From: an uncultured Chloroflexia bacterium
GTDB taxonomy: Bacteria > Chloroflexota > Anaerolineae > Anaerolineales > Anaerolineaceae
Assembly (NCBI GenBank): GCA_963704755.1
Contig: OY969938.1
Span: forward strand, 2,550,001 to 2,582,000
DNA length: 32,000 nt
Direction of reading: 5' to 3'
Below the pieces are notes generated by a model. The model was given only the letters and a program-made list of their open reading frames with translations, was not told the origin of the DNA and searched no databases. The translations under genes and the position numbers were made by a program. Of this stretch, positions 1-8,725 are shown one piece after another. Positions within the stretch are counted from its first letter, which is position 1. Every line of letters starts with the position of its first letter.

Positions 1-649
1 AAGCGTCGTTACGAAATAAGGTTATCAACGCCTTCTTGATTTCTTCAGCATCGTCATTGGAAAAACCAGTTAAGCTGGCCAGTTGCGGGTTCATACTGCC
101 GTAAAACACATACACACCATGGTCCACGCGGTGTTTCATACCCATCGTATCGGATGCGCGTTTTGTGCCGTCACCTTCACCACTGACGCTCTTCGTAATC
201 TGGGTACTGGTGACGCGGTCGAGCACAGGTGCCACTGAAAATGCCGGATGGATAGACACAGGCCCGCGAATACCGATCGATACTCCCGCAGCCTCGCCTC
301 CACTAAAGGCAAAAACCTGCCCAAAAGCGCGCACATCCATCCATTCCTCACAAGCAGCTTCACGGAATTTAGTATCGTTTTTCATGTCTTCTTTTTTGAG
401 CGTACCTTCAGCCCGCGATCGTAAACTGCGGTATGCATCCATGCGCTTGTCATCCGATTGAACGAAAATCGATTTACCTTCATCCATTAACCGATTACGA
501 ATTTTCCGTTTGATGGCCACATCAGAAATTTCCCCTTTGCCGTCATAATCGTACCGTGGGCGATTCCCATTCAATGGGTCCCCATTCGGATTAGCATTTT
601 TCACAGAAAGGATCACAGCAAAGTCAATTTTGTTGCTTAGGGTAGTCAT
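1..649 (-). CDS. cas7: Type I-C Cas7 (Csd2 family); C-terminus lies beyond the left window edge
   Basis: Absent from the ORF track because it runs off the window. Manual translation from ATG 649..647 (GGAG a few nt upstream) gives MTTLSNKIDFAVILSVKNANPNGDPLNGNRPRYDYDGKGEISDVAIKRKIRNRLMDEGKSIFVQ..., open to position 1. The NANPNGDP..N.PR and KRKIRN motifs are typical of Csd2/Csh2-type Cas7. It lies directly downstream of cas8c. Confidence 0.85.
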   Translation of the reverse strand, partial: MTTLSNKIDFAVILSVKNANPNGDPLNGNRPRYDYDGKGEISDVAIKRKIRNRLMDEGKSIFVQSDDKRMDAYRSLRSRAEGTLKKEDMKNDTKFREAACEEWMDVRAFGQVFAFSGGEAAGVSIGIRGPVSIHPAFSVAPVLDRVTSTQITKSVSGEGDGTKRASDTMGMKHRVDHGVYVFYGSMNPQLASLTGFSNDDAEEIKKALITLFRNDA

Positions 650-690
650 TGTAGTAAATCTCCTTGTATACATATTGTGGATTTCAAAAA

Positions 691-1086
691 TTAGGCGATA
701 TCGATCTCTTCGCTATCCTCTGTCGTGGCGCTTTTATCCTTTTTCTCCATAAGTTTCTGGCGCTGGCAGTAGAAGCCGAGTAGATATTCACCGGTTAAAG
801 ATTTATTGGAGATGAAATCCTCCGTTGTAAAAAGGCTTTCAACATCCGAAATCAGGTTTTTATAGTAGCCAGCGCCATGCAATTTGACCATATAGGGTGA
901 AAGCGCATCATGAATTTGTTTCCAGGTGCGGAACGGGCTTTGGGAGAACTGTTGCATGTACCTGGCGGCATTTGTTGCCCGCTTTTGCTCCCCTTTATAA
1001 AGGGCTCTTTCCTCCAGAACATCGGCAATAGCAAGCAACCTGCCATAAAGATAATCCCTTGAAGTTCTGTTTTCATCGAGCGGCAT
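691..1086 (-). CDS. cas11: Candidate internally translated small subunit (Cas11c): in-frame C-terminal 131 aa of cas8c
   Basis: An in-frame ATG at 1086..1084 is preceded by a strong internal SD (minus strand aagcagggAAAGGAGaatttcgatATG). The product starts MPLDENRTSRDYLYGRLLAIADVLEERA... and is helical and small-subunit-like. Internal translation of the small subunit from cas8c has been reported for type I-C systems. Confidence 0.45.
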   Translation of the reverse strand: MPLDENRTSRDYLYGRLLAIADVLEERALYKGEQKRATNAARYMQQFSQSPFRTWKQIHDALSPYMVKLHGAGYYKNLISDVESLFTTEDFISNKSLTGEYLLGFYCQRQKLMEKKDKSATTEDSEEIDIA

Positions 1087-2625
1087 ATCGAAATTCTCCT
1101 TTCCCTGCTTGAACTTTTTATAGAGTGCACAGGCTATACTCAAGGTTTTCTGCCATTCCCATTCACCCAATCCGGCCCGGTTCGAAGCCCGCCTTACAGA
1201 CGATTTAACCAGGTCTCTGGGGATAGGTTGGGCATCCACAATACAAGGCAGTAAGCGGGCTATCGTGGTTTTCCGCAATTTATCGTCCACCCTGCTTCCA
1301 AACGCTGCTTCAGCGATATCAGATGGTGCAGGAGCGCCAAAAAACGGAACGAATTTCTTCTTCCCACTTTCCTTGTCTACTACGTCACGGTAACGGTGCA
1401 GCCAGGCACAGGACGTGTGCCAGCCATCGATTCGGCCTAGAAAATCGGACCCCTTCAATTCACGATAATAGGTGATGGACAGGCGGCCAGGTGTGGCCGA
1501 ATCGACGGCCATAACAGCTACATCTTCCGTTTCGCCAAGCGACTTGCCATAACCGGCAATCCGGTTTTTTAGAGGTATCGCAATTTCCTGGGCGGTGTAG
1601 GCGTTCACCTCAGCTTCTGAGGCCGAATCACCAAATAGCAAGTCGATGGCATCATCTGTCGGTTGTGGCACTGATTTGCCAGAGGTAGCCCAGGCAACAA
1701 TGGCCAGGTCGCCTCTTCGATAACCCTGCCGGCTGATGAGCCAGGCCAAGGCATAATGGGCTTTTTGTGAAGCCTCAAGACTGACGCCACAGGCTTGCGT
1801 GTCCCGGATGAACCGGCCCCTAAAAGTAAACCCACCGGTGTCATTGGCCGAAATAATTTTGGCGCCATCACCTTCCCGACGTATGTATTTGGGATGATTG
1901 GTGGTGATGAAGCGCTCCTCTCCGGTGGCAAAACAGAGGCCCTTTTCACTCCGGTCGTTGAGGTAATAATCTGTCCAGCTACGCCACAAACTCTCGTCTC
2001 GCCAAACCCGGCTCTCGAGCTCTCCTGGAATTTCCACCACCCATCGCACAACCGCGCCATCTTGTGGGTCAACGACCGAAAAGATGTCCTTGGCGTTCTT
2101 TTCTCTCGCTATCTCAGTTTTCTTTAGGAATTTTCCATCCGATCCAACGAAAAGCACCTTATCCTCGACCAGGTCTTTGACAACCTGTTTCTTGAGGACG
2201 TACTTCAATACAGCAATCGCCTTTGGATGGCCAAAAGATGACCGGCACCATTTGGAAAGGACATCCACGTAATCCCGAAAAGGCTCGCCAGGATCTTTAC
2301 GAAAGCCAGAGGTAACCCCTCCCCCATACGTCAGGAAGTCACCGGCAAGATATTGAAGTTTGTCGCACAGTGGATGATTTTCCGGCTTGCTGCCTGCTCT
2401 GCTGGCCGACCGCTCTGAGCTGGGAATAATCGTGGTGGCATCTTCCTTTTCGGTGATTACCCTGGCCCTTTGAAAATTACCCTCTCCGTCGATCGCGATT
2501 TCGATATGCGCCTGGGTAGTAATGTGGCATATCGGAAGCAAAGGCCGGCCTGTACCCAGATCGTCATAACCAATATTGGCCTGGCAGTTTTCATAGGTTG
2601 AATACAGGTTTTGAACCCAATTCAT
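691..2625 (-). CDS. cas8c: Type I-C large subunit Cas8c (Csd1 family)
   Basis: 644-aa ORF with a Csd1-like N-terminus (MNWVQNLYSTYENC...). It sits between cas5 (stop TGA 2629..2627, 1 nt before the ATG at 2625) and cas7. The gene order cas3-cas5-cas8-cas7 without cas6 is the type I-C layout. Confidence 0.8.
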   Translation of the reverse strand: MNWVQNLYSTYENCQANIGYDDLGTGRPLLPICHITTQAHIEIAIDGEGNFQRARVITEKEDATTIIPSSERSASRAGSKPENHPLCDKLQYLAGDFLTYGGGVTSGFRKDPGEPFRDYVDVLSKWCRSSFGHPKAIAVLKYVLKKQVVKDLVEDKVLFVGSDGKFLKKTEIAREKNAKDIFSVVDPQDGAVVRWVVEIPGELESRVWRDESLWRSWTDYYLNDRSEKGLCFATGEERFITTNHPKYIRREGDGAKIISANDTGGFTFRGRFIRDTQACGVSLEASQKAHYALAWLISRQGYRRGDLAIVAWATSGKSVPQPTDDAIDLLFGDSASEAEVNAYTAQEIAIPLKNRIAGYGKSLGETEDVAVMAVDSATPGRLSITYYRELKGSDFLGRIDGWHTSCAWLHRYRDVVDKESGKKKFVPFFGAPAPSDIAEAAFGSRVDDKLRKTTIARLLPCIVDAQPIPRDLVKSSVRRASNRAGLGEWEWQKTLSIACALYKKFKQGKENFDMPLDENRTSRDYLYGRLLAIADVLEERALYKGEQKRATNAARYMQQFSQSPFRTWKQIHDALSPYMVKLHGAGYYKNLISDVESLFTTEDFISNKSLTGEYLLGFYCQRQKLMEKKDKSATTEDSEEIDIA

Positions 2626-2626
2626 T

Positions 2627-3355
2627 TCATGATCCTCCTTCTTCGAAAAATTCCATCAAGCCTGTTTCGTTCAATCCGGTTGTTTCGGGCGGTTTCGACG
2701 TCATTTTCCGAATAAACTTCCGCACCAGGTCTTTATCATCGGGTGAGGGAAATTCCACAATCCCTTTGATCATCTTGGGGCGCCAAAATCGCGCCCAGAA
2801 TTCACCATCCGGCCCTTCATCCGGGTAGTCGAAACCATGAAACATCAGCCCATATGATAATTCCCTAGGATAAGTATCGTAGAACCCCTTTCCTTCACCA
2901 AAATTGCAAGGTTCGACATAACCCTGGCATTCCCTCGTTCCCAAAAAGATGTCCCTGCGCCCACCCCGGTCGATCATTCTTTGAGCTATCTGAAAATGCT
3001 TGTCTTCATTGCGATCTTTGATTAAGTCCAGGCGTTTTTCATTCCAAATAAAATGCGCCAGAACCTGGTACTCTACATCCGACAAGTAGGTATATATGGA
3101 AAGGTCATTTCCACCCGAATCAAATTTGACCGGTTTCGCGCTGCGTGTTTGAGTTTTGATCGGATGCATCACCCGAATTTGATCGATCACCCAAATGAAG
3201 GTTGGCTTCCAATACACCGAACTAAGAATCCCTTTGATGGCTTCATAAGTGGGAATCTGGTAGGAGTATTTTTCCCCACCAATTTTGGTCAATGGGTCGG
3301 TGAAGAGGGCGTATTTACCCCACACCTTGAATTCGACATTGTTTTTATATTGCAT
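2627..3355 (-). CDS. cas5: Cas5c/Cas5d, the Cas5 subunit of type I-C
   Basis: VEFKVWGKYALFTDPLTKIGGEKYSYQIPTYEAIKGILSSVYWKPTFIWVIDQIRVM matches the Cas5d N-terminal signature. The ATG at 3355 has AAGGAGG 5-6 nt upstream. The track start at 3358 is a TTG one codon earlier. Confidence 0.88.
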   Translation of the reverse strand: MQYKNNVEFKVWGKYALFTDPLTKIGGEKYSYQIPTYEAIKGILSSVYWKPTFIWVIDQIRVMHPIKTQTRSAKPVKFDSGGNDLSIYTYLSDVEYQVLAHFIWNEKRLDLIKDRNEDKHFQIAQRMIDRGGRRDIFLGTRECQGYVEPCNFGEGKGFYDTYPRELSYGLMFHGFDYPDEGPDGEFWARFWRPKMIKGIVEFPSPDDKDLVRKFIRKMTSKPPETTGLNETGLMEFFEEGGS

Positions 3356-3365
3356 CAAAACCTCC

Positions 3366-5875
3366 TTATAGCTCCAGTAGATCCAATTTGTTTAAATCCT
3401 CTTCTTTCCATCCAAGGTTTTCGTCGTAGTTATCGGGTCTCAAAGCAAAAACGCCGGAATCCGGTTGAACTTCATAGATTGCCTGAGTATCCGCCAAATT
3501 ATTAAATTGGTGAGAAAACAAATTAACGCTGTACCGTTGCGCCTGCCTGAGCAATTTGTATTGTTTTTCCAGCAGGGTAACGCTACAAAGCTTGGCGACA
3601 ATTTCCTCTCCTTCGGCTTGATAGGGAACGATCACACCGCGAGTAAGTGAATCGATAACCCGGAACGCTTTCGCAGCACTTTGAAAAGACTGTGAAAATG
3701 GGATATTGGGTAGGCTTTGGTGAATGCGTTTATAAGCGTCCAGCGAGAGCGTATTCGTAGAGAGTAACGAAAACAAATCATCTGCGTGGCCAATTTGCGA
3801 CTGTGCACTAACCGGATAACGCATTTCATCCTTGCGCGCAAAAAAATAGTAGCGGTAATATTCCCCCATCGCGTCAAGACCTATACGATCCTTTGCAAAC
3901 CTTTCCGGGTTGGATAAGAATTCATCCAATACGCGTTGAGCTTGCACTCTACCTATTATTATAGACTTCAATTTATCGATATTCTCATCCCTGGGGTTTA
4001 CAATCCAGACATTCCCAAGGCCTTCTCGTTTTCCATGGCGGTTACATCGCCCGGCGGATTGGGCAATTGAATCGAGGCCAGCGAGATATCAAATCACCGC
4101 GCCAAAGTCGATATCCACGCCGGCTTCAATCAATTGTGTGCTGACACAGATAACTGGTTTCGATTCAGCCAGTCTTATTTTGACCTCTTCCAATACCTTG
4201 AGACGATGAACCGGGCACATGTTGGTACTCAGGTGATAAAGGCCAAGGCCATCGATGTGCCTGTTTTCAATTTCTCGGTAGAGAGATCGCGCATTGTTTT
4301 TCGTGTTTACCACCACCAATGCGCTACCTTTATGCCGCAACTGCTCTTCAGCCAAATCGGCAATTTCATCGTCGCTCCAGCCCATGGGTTTACGACGATC
4401 AAAAACTTCTACTCGCCTTAATGCAGTATACAATTCTTGTTCATTCTGGATAATGCGTTGGTCAGGCTGTATGGTCAATGCACGATATTGAGCATCGATT
4501 TGATCGAGCGGCGGTTGGGTAGCCGTACAAAGAACCACCGTAGCGCCACAATTTTCTACGAGGAAGCGTAAAGTTACATTGAGCAGATGAATCGCATTAA
4601 TTGGAACGGTTTGCACTTCATCCAGAATTATGATCGCATTGGCTAATTGATGCATGCGCCTTGCCCCGCGCGTACCGCTGCCAAACAAGGCATCGAAGAA
4701 TTGAACCTGGGTCGTTAAAACAATCGGCGCGTCCCAATTTTGAGATAGCAGACTTTGGCGATAGGATTCTTCATCAGGGGTCAGATTTGAATGATGTTCC
4801 AGGACAACCCGGTTCAGGTATTCTCCATCCGGATCCCTGTCTTCCAGTATCTTACGTATTTCATCTGCGTTTTGATCGATGATGGATGTGTACGGAATCA
4901 CATAAATGATCCGATCCATTTCATGGATGTCAGCATGGTTCAGTGCAAACCGTAAACTTGCCAAGTCTTGCCCCCTCCGGTTGGTACGGTAAGCTGGTAA
5001 ATTCCCCTTGCCTTATGAGAGTATTCAAGGCATGCCAGGGAAACCTGGTGACGGAGTTGGTCAACCCGATTGGAATCTGCAATGGCCTCGAGCTTTTTGA
5101 GCTTTTCATCCAAACGCTGTATGAGCACGTCCCAGGGGCGGTAGTTCCCATAATTACGAACATCAAAATTTCCTGGCGATTCGAAATCGGCTGTATTAAG
5201 CCGGTCGGCATCGATCAAACAGCTCAAAAGAAAACAAATCAGCAGGCCAACCTTGAAAACCGCGGTTTCTTTGGAGTCGGATTGCCCATTTTGTAAACTT
5301 TTTAATTTGGAGAAAAGTTCATCCACAAAAGTAGAGGAGATTAAATTCTTAATTTCTACGTCGATTTTTGGCAATTTCGACTGCGCCTCGGTTTTGTGAA
5401 CAACTCCATCAGGTTTATCCATGCGCCGCTGAAAGTTATTTTCACCATCCGGTGTAAGGCAATCGATCAATCCGGAATGGTGCGAGGCGATACATAAAGC
5501 CAAAACCTGGGCGGCAATTTTCTCTTTTTGGCCTCCGGACTGGAGCATATCAAAGACCACCTGGGCACCCGCGGTGGAATGATCGATCTTGCCCTTCATT
5601 GCCTCGAAATCTACATAATCATCTTCATCTGGATCTCGTAATCCAGCGGCTGAATGCAGGTAATCTTGAAATTCTTTACTCGCTTTACCAAAGTCATGCA
5701 ATAGACCTAAGACTTTTCCAACCTTAGCCAGGCCTACCTTAGCGGCAAAACCCTCGGCTAATTGAGATGTTTCGGTCAAGTGGGTGAGCAGCAGTTGCTC
5801 CTTTTTATCTGGTCGTATATGAGCGATTAACTCATGATCGCTTTTCAAATCATCCGTATCATACGCCTTTGCCAT
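3366..5875 (-). pseudogene. cas3: cas3 (HD nuclease fused to SF2 helicase) interrupted by one frameshift and one in-frame stop
   Basis: Motifs present: HD (LLHDFGKAS, IASHHSGL), Walker A TVPTGGGKT, DExx box IILDEVQ, LCTATQP, and motif VI [10 protein letters not shown]. The likely start is ATG 5875 (AGGAGGG upstream), not the track start at 5920.

Lesion 1: the frame breaks right after GGGKT, around 4961-4966. The minus strand reads ggcaagacTTGGcaagt, and one extra T would restore ...GKTLASLRFALNHA...

Lesion 2: an in-frame TGA at 4091..4089 (...[33 protein letters not shown]...). The downstream 3366..3971 ORF is in the same frame and is the Cas3 C-terminal domain. Confidence 0.8.
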
Positions 5876-5946
5876 ACTTTTCCCTCCTGTTAATGAAAGA
5901 GGTTGCAAATTCCTTACCATTTCAATAACACTTTCCCATATTTAGG

Positions 5947-6933
5947 TTAGTTATCCTGGCTATATAACCGAAGGGTAAGTTGCGCCTCTTGATAGATTTT
6001 TTCCCGCAAATCTTCCGGCGCCAGCACTTCCACATCGCTGCCCCAGCCCCGTACCCAGGGCATCATCTCCAGCGGCTCGGCGATCCAGGCACGCCAGAGC
6101 AGGCTGCCATCTTCCAGGGCCACCACCTGTTCCGAGCGGTGCCAGCGCGTTTCCTCTACCCGCCGAGCTACGCGTGATCCAAATTTCAAAATCACCTCCA
6201 CCGGCTCGGCCTCGGTGTACCAGATGCCCCAGGCGTGCTTGAGCAATTCGGCCGGGTCGAAGTCCTCCGGGATGACGTAGGGCTCGCGCAGCAGTTCGAT
6301 ACGCTCGATGCGCTCCAGCTTGAGCGTGCGCAGGGCGTCAGGCGGCTCGCGCCAGCCTATGACGTGCACCGACTGGCCCACGGCATACGGCTCGATGAAG
6401 TAAGGCGCGAAGACGAACTCGTTCACCTGGCCGTTGTCCTTGCGATGCCACAGGCGCACTTTTTGCAGCTGCGCCCAGGCCTGGGTGATGGTTTCCAGCG
6501 TGCGCAGGAAGTTGGGGTCCTGCCGTTGGGCAGGGTCGTCCATGGTGTCGGCCGATTGCAGCAGGTGCCGGCTAATGCGCGGCGCCAGACGTTCCAGGGC
6601 CGTGCCCAGCTTGCGTAGCGCCGCAGCCGCGTGCGGGTTCTGGCGCTCCATGCGTGTGGTCAGCAGGCGGGTGGCCAGGTGCACCGCCATGGCCTCGTCA
6701 AGGGTAAAACGCACGTTCACCAGGTACGCCCGCCGGTCGATCTTCCAGCCGCAGCCATCCAGGTCATCAATGAACACCGAGCCGGGCAGGCTGGGGATGT
6801 AGCGCATGACCGTGGAACGGTGCACGCCCAGGCGCCGTGAGATCTCGGCCTGGGTCAGGCCTTCGGGATGTGCCAACAACAATTGCTCGATTTCACCGAG
6901 CCGGTCGGCCTTTTTTTCAGCAGGATTTTTCAT
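5947..6933 (-). CDS. HTH plus WYL-domain transcriptional regulator, immediately upstream of cas3
   Basis: N-terminal HTH (LTQAEISRRLGVHRSTVMRYI). Central WYL-like block (VRLWHRKDNGQVNEFVFAPYFIEPYAVGQSVHVIGWREPPDALRTLKLERIERIELL) and a C-terminal extension. GGGAAGG lies before the ATG at 6933. The stop is ~70 nt upstream of the cas3 start, on the same strand. Confidence 0.8.
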   Translation of the reverse strand: MKNPAEKKADRLGEIEQLLLAHPEGLTQAEISRRLGVHRSTVMRYIPSLPGSVFIDDLDGCGWKIDRRAYLVNVRFTLDEAMAVHLATRLLTTRMERQNPHAAAALRKLGTALERLAPRISRHLLQSADTMDDPAQRQDPNFLRTLETITQAWAQLQKVRLWHRKDNGQVNEFVFAPYFIEPYAVGQSVHVIGWREPPDALRTLKLERIERIELLREPYVIPEDFDPAELLKHAWGIWYTEAEPVEVILKFGSRVARRVEETRWHRSEQVVALEDGSLLWRAWIAEPLEMMPWVRGWGSDVEVLAPEDLREKIYQEAQLTLRLYSQDN

Positions 6934-7240
6934 AACCTTCCCGTATGCAATTGTGAAGAAACAGGTGATTTCCCCCTCATTCCGTGGTCACGAAGGGTTG
7001 TTAACGATTATCAATAGAATACCACTAACCTGTTGCAGGATTCGCAACTCACCTAACCTTCGCTATTTATATTCAGACTTTGTAATTTTTCGTCAGGAGG
7101 GTAACCAAAAAATGAAGTTGAAATATATATTTGAGTGATCGATGTACTAATTAATACCTTTATTTTGATTATTTATCCGTTTTTTACCCAAAATTCACAA
7201 CAAAATTACATTATTAACCTTTATTACAAATATCATTGAT

Positions 7241-7265
7241 TGATCTTCCCCCGAATTAGTAGACA
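7241..7265. repeat. Probable terminal inverted repeat of the IS3-family remnant
   Basis: tgatcttcccccgaattagtagaca begins 4 nt past the transposase stop. It starts with TG, as IS3-family ends do, and from memory resembles the TGATC...GGACA ends of IS3-group elements. No partner IR was found in the window. Confidence 0.4.
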
Positions 7266-8105
7266 GGATTAAAGGGAGAAATCTTGTTCGAAATCAACGG
7301 GGCTGAGATAGCCCAAAGTAGAGTAAAGCCGTTGGCGATTGTACCAAACTTCGATGTACTCAAAGATGATAGTGCGGGCTAGAGTGCGGGTATGAAAATG
7401 GCCTGTAACGCATTCGGCTTTGAGCGTAGCGAAGAAACTCTCGATGACGGCATTGTCGTAGTAATTTTCTACACCGCTCATGCTAAGCTGGACCAAGGCA
7501 GTTTCCAGGCAACTGCGATAGGCAGTGCTGGTGAACTGGCTGCCCTAATCGCAGTGATGGAGGAGCCCGGCGGGCGGGCAGCGGTCGCGTAAAGTCATGT
7601 GCAGAGCGTCTTCGACGAGCGCCGTATCCATCGTCTGGCTCATCGACCAACCCACCACCCATTTCTGGTTAGGGCCCGTCGCACAAAAAGTCCTGCTTAA
7701 GCAGGTAAGGCGCAGGCTGGATGCCCGGCTGTCACTGGGTGGTCACCAGATGATGCTTGCGTTTATTGAGCGTTACTATCTGGTGAACGCGCATCAAACG
7801 GGCTACCCGATTGTGTCCACACACCACCCCCTTGCGCTGTAATGCCAAATGCAGGCGGGGACTGCCATACGTCTCGCGACTGTGTTTGTGTTCTGCCTCA
7901 ATCATCTCCAGTAGCGCCTGGTTGGCTTGCTCGCGTGTACTCGGCTTGGCTTTTTCCAGGCATAATACCCGCTGCACTCCCAACACCTGGCACATCCGTT
8001 GTATCCGGAACTCTTAGCTATGCGGGGCGATGAAGACGTACTTCATGCGCTTTTCCGTGAGAAAATGTTGATTACTTCTTTTACGGTAACGACTTTTGAT
8101 CGAAT
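7241..8105 (-). mobile_element. Decayed, 5'-truncated IS3-family insertion sequence (orfB remnants, tail of orfA)
   Basis: The fragments match IS3-family OrfB:
- 7732..7995: ...REQANQALLEMIEAEHKHSRETYGSPRLHLALQRKGVVCGHNRVARLMR...
- 7269..7496: ...SMSGVENYYDNAVIESFFATLKAECV...YNRQRLYSTLGYLSPVDFEQ

Between them the frame is broken. An internal deletion after PNQKWV removes the first catalytic-core segment, and there is a TAG inside HHCD*GSQFTS. No left IR and no complete orfA were found. Confidence 0.75.
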
Positions 8106-8116
8106 CGCCCTAAGCC

Positions 8117-8440
8117 TTATTCCATATACTTCCCCACCAATACCAGCATTGCCTCCACCACCGCCTTCCTCACCCCCGGCTCAGGGATCTTCGCAACGGC
8201 CAGGGCAATATCCACCGCCTCGGGCGGCAGGTTCTCCGAATCCATTCCCCGTACATCGAATATCTTCAACGCCGGCCAGCCGGTCATGGTCAGGAACTCG
8301 TTCGGGTTGATTCCAAAGTGATCCGCCAGCAGGATACAGACGTGCATGCTCGGTCGCTGGCCTTCCAGCACCCGGCGTACGCCCTGGTGATCTAGTCCCG
8401 CGCGCAGGCTACTACGCCTAAGGTACTCATTTTTAACCAC
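8117..8440 (-). pseudogene. Degenerate paralogue of the Xre-like HTH gene at 15205..15621
   Basis: The DNA is roughly 90% identical by eye to 15205..~15500. The C-terminal ~100 aa are nearly identical: SLRAGLDHQGVRRVLEGQRPSMHVCILLADHFGINPNEFLTMTGWP...VVEAMLVLVGKY. Upstream, similarity decays with indels (weak matches to ~8515) and an in-frame TGA at 8497..8495 removes the normal N-terminus. The track start is a GTG. Confidence 0.55.
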
Positions 8441-8528
8441 CGCTATAAGTAGTGCTCTTTCTGGGGTCGAAACGTTACAGAGAGGCGAAACTATTCACAA
8501 GATTTCTCGGCGTACCACCCTATAAATA

Positions 8529-8557
8529 TTACCTAACAAAGGGCTATGTGGTATACT
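8529..8557 (+). promoter_or_regulatory. Candidate promoter for the STAND-LuxR gene (extended -10)
   Basis: TTACCT (8529-8534), a 17-nt spacer, then TGgTATACT (TG 8549-8550, -10 at 8552-8557). It lies ~170 nt upstream of the ATG at 8726, so the leader would include the 8616-8674 hairpin. Confidence 0.3.
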
Positions 8558-8615
8558 GCCGGAACAGATGTTAGGTAATAAGAATTTTCTATACTACTCA
8601 CCTATCGCAGAGAAA

Positions 8616-8706
8616 CAGTGTGTTTTTGTTGTTTTTCGTGTGGGTCGCACACGAAAAACAATAAAAACACACTGCTCTCTGAACTGGCCTGAGCAGTCAC
8701 AATTTT
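8616..8706 (-). repeat. Module-plus-hairpin unit in minus orientation; hairpin of the TTTTTCG...CGAAAAA type
   Basis: 27-bp stem, 8616-8642 pairing with 8648-8674 (cagtgtgtttttgttgtttttcgtgtg / cacacgaaaaacaataaaaacacactg), with one G-T wobble. It is flanked by gaactggcctgagcagtcacaatttt (8681-8706), the reverse complement of the TTGTRACTGCTCAG module seen at other loci. Confidence 0.75.
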
Positions 8707-8725
8707 CTTACGATCAGGAGGATCC

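Noticed and set aside
136-461. Track ORFs 136..363(-) and 165..461(+) at the left edge.
   Set aside because: Both lie inside the partial cas7 reading frame (1..649, minus). That frame has unmistakable Cas7 motifs, and these are off-frame artefacts.
4089-4091. The in-frame TGA in cas3 as selenocysteine, programmed readthrough or an alternative genetic code.
   Set aside because: TGA is used as a genuine stop by several well-supported genes in this window, including cas5, the kinase, and zinc-ribbon proteins A and B. I see no SECIS-like hairpin just downstream. The position aligns with a conserved Arg (CGA to TGA is a single transition), and the same gene also carries a frameshift.
8060-8116. 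A duplicated tRNA-Ser 3' fragment (an att direct repeat) marking the far end of the island.
   Set aside because: I scanned by eye for GGGATTCGAACCCGC-like strings outside the two tRNA genes and found none. The closest, gatcgaatcgcc at ~8098, is too weak. Serine integrases do not generate long direct repeats, so absence is uninformative. A proper alignment search is still needed.
7999-8310. 103-aa Pro-rich plus-strand ORF (…PPPPPSSPPAQGSS…).
   Set aside because: It is antisense to the conserved HTH paralogue at 8117..8440, whose protein is nearly identical to the 15205..15621 product. The low-complexity translation is an artefact.
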